From Candidatus Saccharimonadales bacterium (GTDB taxonomy: Bacteria; Patescibacteriota; Saccharimonadia; Saccharimonadales; DATKHC01), in assembly GCA_035510465.1 (NCBI GenBank), contig DATKHC010000008.1, forward strand, positions 1,315-65,314: a stretch of DNA of 64,000 nt, written 5' to 3'. Within the stretch, counting starts at the first letter, position 1; every line of letters begins with the position of its first letter. The position numbers and the translations under genes were made by a program. Below are positions 25,365 to 33,783 of this stretch, in pieces. The notes under the pieces were generated by a model. The model ran no database searches, was not told the DNA's origin, and worked only from the letters and a program-made list of their open reading frames with translations.

Positions 25365-26021
25365 ATGGACAAACAAAACCCAAAAAATTCCAGGAAAAGA
25401 TTGTCATACTCAATTTGCGTGTCCGGCGCAGCTTACGGCCCTACGGTCATGGAATCATCTCAACTCGCATATAAGCTTGGTGAAACCGTGGCGAAGCTTG
25501 GTGAAACCCTAACTACCGGAGCAACCGTTGGCTTGCCATACTATGCAGCCAGGGGTGCTAGCGATGCAGGAGGGATGAGTATTGGATTTTCTCCAGCAGT
25601 TTCGCTTAGAGAACACCTACGCAAGTATAGGCTGCCATTTGACTGTTATGATTTCATTAACTTTACTGGCATGCACTATACGGGCAGGGATCTCTACTTG
25701 GTGCAGTCTAGCGATGCTGTAATAACAGTCGGCGGTAGGTTTGGATCTTTACACGAATTTACTTCGGCACTGGAATACGGGAAATTCTGCGGGGTTCTAA
25801 CTGGTAGTGGTGGTGCCGCCGATCATATCTTAGAGCTAGTAAAAACACTTGATCCAGCCAAACACAGTTTGGTTGTCTACAGCAGTGACCCGGTCGAGCT
25901 GGTTAAATTAGTTACTGCTAAACTTGATGAAAAATACGCGGATATTCACGAGCAGATAGAAAAGTATGAGGAATACTGGTTCTTAAATAACAAAGATTCT
26001 AAACCTTTTAGATCCGGTTAA
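25365..26021 (+). CDS. LOG/TIGR00725-like (SLOG superfamily) Rossmann-fold protein
   Basis: ICVSGAA N-terminal strand, GATVGLPYYAARGA, and GGRFGSLHE resembling PGGxGTxxE. Confidence 0.65.
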   Translation: MDKQNPKNSRKRLSYSICVSGAAYGPTVMESSQLAYKLGETVAKLGETLTTGATVGLPYYAARGASDAGGMSIGFSPAVSLREHLRKYRLPFDCYDFINFTGMHYTGRDLYLVQSSDAVITVGGRFGSLHEFTSALEYGKFCGVLTGSGGAADHILELVKTLDPAKHSLVVYSSDPVELVKLVTAKLDEKYADIHEQIEKYEEYWFLNNKDSKPFRSG

Positions 26022-26036
26022 TTCAACTGATGTAAA

Positions 26037-26213
26037 CTATCGCCTGGGCTTTGAAGTTAAATGCCAGCCTCGGCAAACTGGGCATTTGTAAACGCGGGAA
26101 GGTTTTTTAATCCCCCAACCAGGACGAACTTTATTTAGAGCCATCCGTGCAGCAGCGTCGCTACTGAAACGAGTTTTTTTCTTACATATGCTGATCTCAC
26201 TGCTACTAGGCAT
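26037..26213 (-). CDS. small zinc-ribbon-like protein, 58 aa (below the track length cutoff)
   Basis: My own translation is MPSSSEISICKKKTRFSSDAAARMALNKVRPGWGIKKPSRVYKCPVCRGWHLTSKPRR. The C..F.S...A..AL....Y.CP.C.GWHLTS pattern recalls small conserved bacterial and phage proteins. No clear SD. Confidence 0.5.
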   Translation of the reverse strand: MPSSSEISICKKKTRFSSDAAARMALNKVRPGWGIKKPSRVYKCPVCRGWHLTSKPRR

Positions 26214-26248
26214 AACTAGTTTTATTTTAACTTAAATCTCTCACAAAA

Positions 26249-26275
26249 CAGTACCTGTTAAAATTAACAGTACTG
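26249..26275. promoter_or_regulatory. SOS-box-like palindrome CTGT-N8-ACAG overlapping an extended -10 (TGtTAAAAT), abutting the uvrB ATG
   Basis: The sequence is cagtacCTGTtaaaattaACAGtactg, with a 7-bp perfect inverted repeat CTGTTAA/TTAACAG plus flanking cagta(c)/tactg. Core at 26255-26270. Confidence 0.5.
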
Positions 26276-28240
26276 ATGAGCAAGTTTAAATTAAAATCAG
26301 GCTACCAACCAAGCGGCGACCAACCCAAGGCTATAGAAGCACTGGATAAAAACCTCGACAAAGGGCAAAAAGAACAGGTTTTACTCGGTGTTACTGGCTC
26401 GGGTAAAACATTTACCATGGCTCAGGTAATTGCTCATGTCCAAAAACCAACTCTGGTTCTTAGTCACAATAAGACCTTAGCCGCTCAACTCTACAGTGAA
26501 TTCAAGAGTTTTTTCCCTGACAACGCAGTGCATTATTTCGTTAGTTACTTTGATTATTATCAACCCGAAGCTTATATGCCCAGGACCGACACTTACATAG
26601 AAAAAGACAGTGATATAAACGAAGAGATTGATCGACTTCGTCATGCTGCAACGGATGCTTTGCTAACTAGAAAAGATGTGATCATTGTTGCCAGCGTCAG
26701 TTGTATTTACGGAATTGGTTCAGTCGAGGATTACTCAAAACTATCTGTAAAAGTTAAAAAGAACGAACGAAGAACAAGGGATAAGCTCCTTAGACATTTA
26801 TCGGATATTCAATATCAACGTAATGACATAGATTTCCACCGCAGTACATTCAGGGTAAAAGGTGATGTCGTTGATGTTTTCCCGGCCAGCGAAGAAGTAG
26901 CATATAGACTAGAATTTTTCGGAGATGAGATTGATCGAATAACTAAAATCGACCCCTTAACAGGAGAGATCTTAGATGAACTCGATGAGCTTCAGGTTTT
27001 TCCTGGTAGCCATTACGTAACTCCTCAAGACAACCTCAAACGTGCTCTTTCTAAAGTTGAATCGGAATTAGAACAAAGACTTGTCCAATTTAAGAGGGAA
27101 GGTAAGCTTCTAGAGGCTCAACGGTTGGAGCAGCGGACTAGATTTGATATTGAAATGATGACCGAGACGGGTTTCGTAAAAGGTATTGAAAACTATAGCA
27201 GGTACCTAACACACCGCGAACCTGGGGAGCAACCTGCCACGCTGCTTGACTACTTTCCAGATGACTACTTGATGTTTATCGATGAGTCTCATATGACAAT
27301 GCCTCAACTAAGGGGTATGTATAACGGCGACAGGGCTAGAAAGGAAACTCTGGTCGAATACGGTTTCCGGCTACCTAGCGCCCTTGATAATCGTCCTCTA
27401 ACCTTCCTTGAATTCGAAAAGCACGTTAACAATGTCGTATACGTATCGGCGACTCCAGCTAGCTATGAGCTTAGTCGCAGTCCCAAACCCGTCGAACAGT
27501 TAATCAGACCGACCGGACTACTCGACCCAATAATAGACATAAGGCCCACCACCAACCAAATAGATGATTTAATAAAAGAAATTAGAGACAGAGTCGGCAA
27601 ACACCAAAGAGTTCTAGTGACCACTCTCACTAAACGGATGGCAGAAGATCTTACTGAGTATCTGGCTGAGATTAACGTAAAAGTAACCTATTTACATTCA
27701 GATGTTGAAACACTCGAGCGTACTGATATTTTAAGAGACCTAAGGCTTGGTATTTATGACGTAGTGGTTGGGATTAACTTACTGCGAGAGGGGCTTGATC
27801 TCCCGGAAGTTAGCCTGGTTGCTATAATGGACGCCGATAAAGAAGGTTTTTTGCGTAGCGAACAGGCTTTAATCCAGACAATAGGACGATCGGCTAGACA
27901 CATTGACGGGAGAGTCATTATGTATGCCGACACCACAACCGGTAGCATGAAAAAAGCTATAGACGAAACAAATCGGCGACGTAAACTCCAAGAGGCACAC
28001 AATAAGGAACACAGTATTATTCCAACTGGGATAACTAAAGGAATAGATAAGAGTATGAGAGCTGCCCTTTCAGAAGAAGCACAAACGGCTAAGCTAGACC
28101 TTAAGAAAATTCCAAAGGATGAATACGGCCATTTGATAAAAGACTTAAACGGGCAAATGGAACTTGCAGCAGCAAATCTGGAGTTTGAAAAAGCCGCAGA
28201 ACTTAGAGATTTAATTGCACAAATAAAATCTAAACTTTAG
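26276..28240 (+). CDS. uvrB: excinuclease ABC subunit B
   Basis: GVTGSGKT, helicase motifs and a C-terminal UVR domain ([12 protein letters not shown]). Confidence 0.95.
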   Translation: MSKFKLKSGYQPSGDQPKAIEALDKNLDKGQKEQVLLGVTGSGKTFTMAQVIAHVQKPTLVLSHNKTLAAQLYSEFKSFFPDNAVHYFVSYFDYYQPEAYMPRTDTYIEKDSDINEEIDRLRHAATDALLTRKDVIIVASVSCIYGIGSVEDYSKLSVKVKKNERRTRDKLLRHLSDIQYQRNDIDFHRSTFRVKGDVVDVFPASEEVAYRLEFFGDEIDRITKIDPLTGEILDELDELQVFPGSHYVTPQDNLKRALSKVESELEQRLVQFKREGKLLEAQRLEQRTRFDIEMMTETGFVKGIENYSRYLTHREPGEQPATLLDYFPDDYLMFIDESHMTMPQLRGMYNGDRARKETLVEYGFRLPSALDNRPLTFLEFEKHVNNVVYVSATPASYELSRSPKPVEQLIRPTGLLDPIIDIRPTTNQIDDLIKEIRDRVGKHQRVLVTTLTKRMAEDLTEYLAEINVKVTYLHSDVETLERTDILRDLRLGIYDVVVGINLLREGLDLPEVSLVAIMDADKEGFLRSEQALIQTIGRSARHIDGRVIMYADTTTGSMKKAIDETNRRRKLQEAHNKEHSIIPTGITKGIDKSMRAALSEEAQTAKLDLKKIPKDEYGHLIKDLNGQMELAAANLEFEKAAELRDLIAQIKSKL

Positions 28241-28329
28241 TAACCATGCGTTTGCCCATCTCAATCCGAATCGGATATGCTTGTGGATCAGATCTGTCGG
28301 TGAGACAATCATAACATTAGGAGATTAAT

Positions 28330-28647
28330 ATGAGCATTGAAAGTAGTAATATCTATGTAAATACTGGCGTAGATCATGACATCTTAACTTCGGCACCCCC
28401 TAGCACCGTTAATGGGCAGGAGACCTGTTATGTAGGCTGTACTCCAACCCCGACAACTCCATCCTCTCCTGTTATTGAAATACCTCCAGTCGTAACAATG
28501 CATACAGAAGTTGGGCATGAATCAAACCTACCGTTCACTGGTGCTGATGTTTATGAAATGGGCATGATTGGCGTTGGCTTGATTGGTATTGGTGTGGCTG
28601 CACGCATGGTAAGTCGGCACAGGCGACATTCAGTCGAACAATCCTAG
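28330..28647 (+). CDS. small protein with a C-terminal LPFTG + hydrophobic + basic tail (sortase-signal-like) but no N-terminal signal peptide
   Basis: The C-terminus reads ...NLPFTGADVYEMGMIGVGLIGIGVAARMVSRHRRH.... A strong SD (aggag, 6 nt) fixes the start. Confidence 0.55.
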   Translation: MSIESSNIYVNTGVDHDILTSAPPSTVNGQETCYVGCTPTPTTPSSPVIEIPPVVTMHTEVGHESNLPFTGADVYEMGMIGVGLIGIGVAARMVSRHRRHSVEQS

Positions 28648-28734
28648 AACGAAAATACTTGGATATAAGCATATAAACTTAAGTAAACATCAAGTGCTGC
28701 ATCTGAGCCTCTTGAGTGCTATACTTCAGGTTAA

Positions 28735-29028
28735 ATGGCAAAAATTACTCGCGAGCAGGTATTAAAATTGGCTAAATTAGCCAAATTAAAACTTGCTGAT
28801 GACGAAATTGACAATTTGGTTCCTGAGCTCCAAGCTATTCTCGGTTATGTAGAGATTTTAAATTCAGCAGATGTCGGTGATATCAAACCCACATATCAAG
28901 TTACTGGGCTTAAAAACGTAATGCGCCGTGATGAGGTTGTTGATTACTCAGAAATGCTAGCCAAACTTATGAGCAATATCCCATCGGTAGAAAAAGGCCA
29001 TATAAAAGTAAAAAGGGTACTTACATGA
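28735..29028 (+). CDS. gatC: Asp/Glu-tRNA amidotransferase subunit C
   Basis: 97 aa with the typical N-terminus (ITREQVLKLAKLAKLKL). Overlaps gatA. Confidence 0.9.
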   Translation: MAKITREQVLKLAKLAKLKLADDEIDNLVPELQAILGYVEILNSADVGDIKPTYQVTGLKNVMRRDEVVDYSEMLAKLMSNIPSVEKGHIKVKRVLT

Positions 29029-30449
29029 GTAAGTGGCCTTCCCTAACTGACTTAGTTGAACAAGTAAGAACTGGGCAGACCAGCGCGACGGAGCTGGTCG
29101 AGCGTTCCTTAGATACTATTGCTAAACAGAGTGGGTTTAACGCCGTCATCTCGACCACTGAAAAACGAGCCAGAGCTAGAGCTAAAGAGATAGATGATCA
29201 AATCAAATCTGGGAAGAAGTCAGGTAAACTTTTGGGCGTACCATTTATCGCCAAGGATAATATCCTTACTTTTGGGGGTGAGACAACCGCAGCCAGCAAT
29301 ATTTTAAAAGGATTTGGGGCTCCGTATCAATCAACGGCGATCGAGTTAATTGAAGCTGAGGGTGGTATCTGCGTTGCAAAAGCCAATCTTGACGCCTTCG
29401 GTCACGGTGCTAGTACGGAAAATAGCGACTTCATGGTTACTAAAAATCCTCGCAACATATCAAAGGTATCCGGAGGTAGTAGTGGTGGTTCTGCAGCAGC
29501 AGTTATTTTGGAGATGGTACCTTTTGCGCTTGGAACTGACACTGGGGGCTCAATCCGACAACCTGCGGCTTACGTGGGAGCTGTTGGCTACAAACCAACC
29601 TACGGCTTAGTCTCAAGAAGCGGTGTAATAGCCATGGCTAGCAGCACAGACGTAGTCGGCCCACTCACCAATACAGTAGAAGATGCGGCTTACATCCTGG
29701 ACGTGATTGCTGCTCGGGATGAGCTTGATTCAACTACTATTGAGCGAGATGAAAAGGGATATCGGATTAGTGGAAAAACGCTTAAAGGCGCAAAAATTGG
29801 CGTTATCAAAGAATATTTTTCTGAAGGCGTAGAAGAGGGGGTTGCCAGCAGCGTCCGCGCAGCTATTTCTAAACTAAAAGCCCAAGGAGCAATTGTTGAA
29901 GAAGTTAGTCTACCGTCTCTACCGCTAGCCCTAGCTAGCTATTACATTATTATGCCAGCAGAAGTTAGTAGCAATTTAAGTCGCTATGACGGTCAGCGTT
30001 TCGGTCATACTTCTGCCTCGGCTGGAAATTTGGACCAGAGCTATAGTCAATCACGTAGTGAAGGATTTGGTAAGGAAGCCAAACGTCGAATCATGATCGG
30101 CACCTATGTTATTAGTAGTGGTTACTATGACGCCTACTACGCCAAAGCCCAGAAATTAAGGACTAAGCTAATTAACGAATTTAACCAGGCATTCTCAAAA
30201 TATGATTTTCTGGTTGGTCCGACCGCACCTACGGTCGCATTTGATATTGGCAAGAACGTTAATGATCCACTGAAGATGTATCTAAACGACATTATGACTG
30301 TAGCGGCGAATTTAACTGGTGTCCCATCAATTTCGATCCCAGCAGATTTAAGTGAAGGCTTGCCTGTTGGATTTCAGATAATGGCTCCTCAACGAAGTGA
30401 TCGTCAACTACTTAACTTTGCAGTCGAAGCAGAGGAAGCCATTAAATGA
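29025..30449 (+). CDS. gatA: Asp/Glu-tRNA amidotransferase subunit A
   Basis: Amidase signature GGSSGGSAAAV and DTGGSIRQPA. Confidence 0.95.
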   Translation: MSKWPSLTDLVEQVRTGQTSATELVERSLDTIAKQSGFNAVISTTEKRARARAKEIDDQIKSGKKSGKLLGVPFIAKDNILTFGGETTAASNILKGFGAPYQSTAIELIEAEGGICVAKANLDAFGHGASTENSDFMVTKNPRNISKVSGGSSGGSAAAVILEMVPFALGTDTGGSIRQPAAYVGAVGYKPTYGLVSRSGVIAMASSTDVVGPLTNTVEDAAYILDVIAARDELDSTTIERDEKGYRISGKTLKGAKIGVIKEYFSEGVEEGVASSVRAAISKLKAQGAIVEEVSLPSLPLALASYYIIMPAEVSSNLSRYDGQRFGHTSASAGNLDQSYSQSRSEGFGKEAKRRIMIGTYVISSGYYDAYYAKAQKLRTKLINEFNQAFSKYDFLVGPTAPTVAFDIGKNVNDPLKMYLNDIMTVAANLTGVPSISIPADLSEGLPVGFQIMAPQRSDRQLLNFAVEAEEAIK

Positions 30450-30889
30450 ATCATTTAAAGAACCTTCTCCATCCGAGCATTCTTGAGCTAGTTATTATTG
30501 GGGTGATTGTTATATTGATTGTCTTTTTGGTGATAAGGTTTTTACCAAGACGCTTAAAGCAGAGCTATTTTGTTGATAAGTGGAGGAAACTTCAGGTTTA
30601 TTGCAAAGAGCAAAGGACTTGGCATAAGGCTTTAATCGAGGCGGACAAACTCTTGGCAAGAGCTCTAAAACGAAAAAAATTTAAGGGGAAAAGCATGGGC
30701 GAGAAGATGGTTAGTGCCCAGCACACCTTCACTGATAATGATTCTGTTTGGTATGCTCATGCTCTATATAAGAAGATTGTCGAGAAAAAACGTCGTAAGT
30801 TAAAGCAGTCTGAGATAAAAGATGCTTTGGTGGGATACCGACAGGCATTAAGAGATTTAGGAGCACTTCCCAAGGATGAAACCAAGTAG
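30446..30889 (+). CDS. membrane-anchored hypothetical protein inserted between gatA and gatB
   Basis: N-terminal TM segment (LELVIIGVIVILIVFLVI) then a basic helical domain (ALIEADKLLARALK...WYAHALYKK). ATGA overlap with gatA and a 14-nt overlap with gatB. Confidence 0.6.
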   Translation: MNHLKNLLHPSILELVIIGVIVILIVFLVIRFLPRRLKQSYFVDKWRKLQVYCKEQRTWHKALIEADKLLARALKRKKFKGKSMGEKMVSAQHTFTDNDSVWYAHALYKKIVEKKRRKLKQSEIKDALVGYRQALRDLGALPKDETK

Positions 30890-32321
30890 CAAGACTTATT
30901 ATCCAACGATAGGTATTGAGTGTCACGTTCAACTCAATACTAAAACCAAGCTGTTTTCGGCGGTACCTAATGATCCGACCGAAACTGCACCCAATAGCTT
31001 AATAAGCCCTGTAGTTATGGGTATGCCCGGAGCCTTACCAGTTCTAAATGAAAAGGCAGTCGAGTTAGCGGCCAGGATCGCTTTCACTCTAGACACTAAA
31101 CCACAATCCTTTAGTAAATTTGACCGCAAGCATTATTTTTACCCAGATTTGCCTAAGGGTTATCAGATAACTCAGTATGACGAACCGATTATTAAAGGTG
31201 GTCTAGTTGAAATTAGCGTAAATGGCGAGACTAAAAAAGTCAGGATTAATCGAGTACATATTGAAGAGGATGCAGGTAAAACCATACATCCTAAGGGGGC
31301 AAGCTACAGCTTAGTTGATCTTAACCGGGCGGGCGTACCACTTGTTGAGATCGTATCCGAGCCCGATATGCACTCAAAAGAAGAAGCAAGAGCATTCGCC
31401 TACGAACTCTATCTGCTTATGCGTTATTCTGGGGTTTCTGAAGCGGATTTATATTTGGGCAACATGCGCTTTGACGTAAATGTCAGCCTAAGCTCAGACC
31501 CTAGCGAGCTTGGGACCAGGTCCGAGACAAAAAACCTAAACTCCTTTAGAAGTGTAGAAAAAGCTGTTGAATATGAGATTAAACGTCAGTCAGGCATTCT
31601 CGATCGCGGGGAAAAAGTTGTCCAGGAAACCAGAGGTTGGGATGAGGCTAGGCTAAAGACGGTTTCCGAGAGAAGTAAAGAAGATGCCCACGACTATAGA
31701 TATTTTCCGGACCCTGATTTACCGCCGCTTGAACTAAGTGAAGCCTATATTAGCAAAGTCAAAGCTCAGCTTGGAATATTGCCAAAAGACGTTAGGCGAG
31801 AACTTGGCAAACTTGAACTGGACAGCTCTGCGGTAGAGACGATAGTTAGTGAGGTACTAACAGGGCAATTTATGGTTGAACTAGTCGGTGAGGTATCGGC
31901 TGATGTAGCCAAACGAATTGCCAACTGGTTAGCAACTGACGTCCAGTATCTTATAACCTCCGGTGAGCTTAAGTGGGGAGAAGTTAAGCTTGATAAAACG
32001 AATTTTACTAAACTGGCTGAAGCTACGCTTAGCGGTAAATTAAATTCAAGCGCAGCTAAAACTATCTTGGTTGAGATGATTAAGACTAAAGAAAACCCAA
32101 TGAAAATAGCTGAATCCAAGCAGCTTCTTCAGATGTCGGACGAATCGGAAATCGAAAAAATAGTTGATGAGGTAATAAAGACTAACCCCGATGCATTAGC
32201 TGACTTAAAATCTGGCAAACTTCAGGCGCTCGGTTTTTTGACGGGGGAGGTTATGCGTTTATCTAAGGGTCGTGCTGATCCAAAAGTTGCAAAAAACCTA
32301 ATAAGCAAGAGGGTTACTTAA
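30876..32321 (+). CDS. gatB: Asp/Glu-tRNA amidotransferase subunit B
   Basis: PTIGIECHVQL, HIEEDAGK and a C-terminal YqeY-like tail. Confidence 0.95.
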   Translation: MKPSSKTYYPTIGIECHVQLNTKTKLFSAVPNDPTETAPNSLISPVVMGMPGALPVLNEKAVELAARIAFTLDTKPQSFSKFDRKHYFYPDLPKGYQITQYDEPIIKGGLVEISVNGETKKVRINRVHIEEDAGKTIHPKGASYSLVDLNRAGVPLVEIVSEPDMHSKEEARAFAYELYLLMRYSGVSEADLYLGNMRFDVNVSLSSDPSELGTRSETKNLNSFRSVEKAVEYEIKRQSGILDRGEKVVQETRGWDEARLKTVSERSKEDAHDYRYFPDPDLPPLELSEAYISKVKAQLGILPKDVRRELGKLELDSSAVETIVSEVLTGQFMVELVGEVSADVAKRIANWLATDVQYLITSGELKWGEVKLDKTNFTKLAEATLSGKLNSSAAKTILVEMIKTKENPMKIAESKQLLQMSDESEIEKIVDEVIKTNPDALADLKSGKLQALGFLTGEVMRLSKGRADPKVAKNLISKRVT

Positions 32322-32377
32322 AGAATTTTGGATTGATAGTGTAGCGTTTGATAATCGCTGAGCTGGTTGAGGGTTAA

Positions 32378-32692
32378 CTATTCCAAGGATTCTAATTGAC
32401 CAAGTTCTTCTCGAAATTCACTAACTTTTTCTTCGATTAAAACTTCTCCGTCGATAGATGCAACCGTAGTAATCCTGCCGAGTGATTCCGTAAAGGATGT
32501 TACCAGAGCTTCATCATCTATAACTTTTTGAACAGCATCAATAATAGGCCGCATTCCGCCTTCATTTCCAGAGACTATATATTCCATAGCAGTCAAGCCT
32601 ATAGCGGAAATAGTTTTTAAAGGCCTAGGGACTCTCTCTGTTCTTAGCTTAGCCTCAGCCCAGCATTCTCGCCAAGATTTTAAATACGTCAT
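32378..32692 (-). CDS. hypothetical protein (104 aa from the internal ATG at 32692; the track begins at 32785)
   Basis: On the reverse strand TGtTATAGT (32707-32699) is followed by 6 nt and then ATG 32692. The longer version would leave only 5 nt to the divergent gene. Confidence 0.4.
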   Translation of the reverse strand: MTYLKSWRECWAEAKLRTERVPRPLKTISAIGLTAMEYIVSGNEGGMRPIIDAVQKVIDDEALVTSFTESLGRITTVASIDGEVLIEEKVSEFREELGQLESLE

Positions 32693-32790
32693 GGTAATAC
32701 TATAACACTTAGTAAGAGATATAGCAAGTGCTAATCCCAACTCAAACTTGATTGGATTTAGACGATTAAGGAGTATACTTTTCATTACAA

Positions 32791-33066
32791 GTGACTACGG
32801 TAGAACAAGTAATTCTAATCATACTGTCGGCTGCATTAGCCATCTTCTTGATACTAAGTATTGTCTGCCTGATATTACTAATTAAACTACTTGGAAATTT
32901 GAGAAGAATTATCGCTAAGGCCGAAAGGTTAGCTGACCACGCTGAACACATCAAGGACATGTTTGAGAAAACGGCTCCTGTTGTTGCGCTGGGACGTCTA
33001 GTTGGTAATATAACCAAAATGTACAAGGGTGGGCACACTAAATCTAAAAGGAGTGACGATGAGTAA
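32791..33066 (+). CDS. small membrane protein (DUF948-like: N-terminal TM + coiled coil)
   Basis: GTG start and a TM segment (VILIILSAALAIFLILSIVCLILLI). Clustered with a YtxH-like gene, as in Gram-positive stress loci. Confidence 0.55.
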   Translation: MTTVEQVILIILSAALAIFLILSIVCLILLIKLLGNLRRIIAKAERLADHAEHIKDMFEKTAPVVALGRLVGNITKMYKGGHTKSKRSDDE

Positions 33067-33496
33067 AAAAGCAAAAACAATTGCGTTATCTGCAGTAGTT
33101 GCGGGGGTAGTTGGTTATGTCGCAGGTATTCTTACCGCACCTAAAAAGGGCAGCGAAACTCGTAAAGACATAAAAGACGCAAGTGTTCACGTGAAAGCTG
33201 AAACTGAAAAGAATTTTAAAAAAATTCACGCGGAACTGGTTAAGTACATTAGTCAAGCTGAGCTGAAACTAAAGAATACAAAGTCGGTGTCCAGTGATGG
33301 TTTAACAAAAGCGTTGAAAGCCGCATCAGATGCAAAAACTAAGGTGAGAGAAATCTTGAGCGCTTTTCATGAAGGAGATGCTCAGGATGCCGATCTAAAA
33401 AAAGCTATAAATGAATCAACGAAGGCACTAGATCATTTAAAAAAGTATTTATCAAAAAATGCCGAAAAAAACTCAAGTAACCCAAAAAAAGCCTGA
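33059..33496 (+). CDS. YtxH-like general-stress-type protein
   Basis: GVVGYVAGILTAPKKGSETRKDIKD matches the YtxH signature. An SD (aaggag) precedes ATG 33059. Confidence 0.7.
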   Translation: MSKKAKTIALSAVVAGVVGYVAGILTAPKKGSETRKDIKDASVHVKAETEKNFKKIHAELVKYISQAELKLKNTKSVSSDGLTKALKAASDAKTKVREILSAFHEGDAQDADLKKAINESTKALDHLKKYLSKNAEKNSSNPKKA

Positions 33497-33734
33497 AGAC
33501 TACGAGCAACTAGGTAGACTAATGGTTGCCATATACGAGAGTGGCTATCTAGAGCCAAAAAAAGCTCTAAAGAGTAGTTTTTTGAAGGGTGTCTTCAGTG
33601 GTTTAGGCGGAGTTGTGGGCGCGACCATAATGGTTGCACTACTGCTTTGGCTTTTGTCACTGTTCCATCAAGTCCCAATAATTGGGCCGTTTGTAAACAA
33701 AGTCAGATCTACAGTTGAACTTAGGACAAAGTAG
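33459..33734 (+). CDS. small membrane protein, hypothetical
   Basis: 91 aa with a C-terminal Gly-rich TM segment (GLGGVVGATIMVALLLWLLSLF). The start is uncertain because it overlaps the previous gene by 38 nt. Confidence 0.5.
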   Translation: MPKKTQVTQKKPEDYEQLGRLMVAIYESGYLEPKKALKSSFLKGVFSGLGGVVGATIMVALLLWLLSLFHQVPIIGPFVNKVRSTVELRTK

Positions 33735-33783
33735 GCTTTGTCAGTTAAAATATCTATATAAAGTAGGGGTAAATAGTTAGAAT

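Noticed and set aside
28264-28276. Perfect 13-nt palindrome ATCCGAATCGGAT after uvrB, with CAGATCTG nearby.
   Set aside because: It is too short and loop-less to act as a terminator, has no T-run, and has no second copy in the window. It is probably chance.
28690-28722. GAGTGCTA half-site and an AGTGCT direct repeat upstream of gatC, reminiscent of half a CIRCE element.
   Set aside because: There is no TTAGCACTC partner in inverted orientation. The TGcTATACT is more simply read as an extended -10 promoter.
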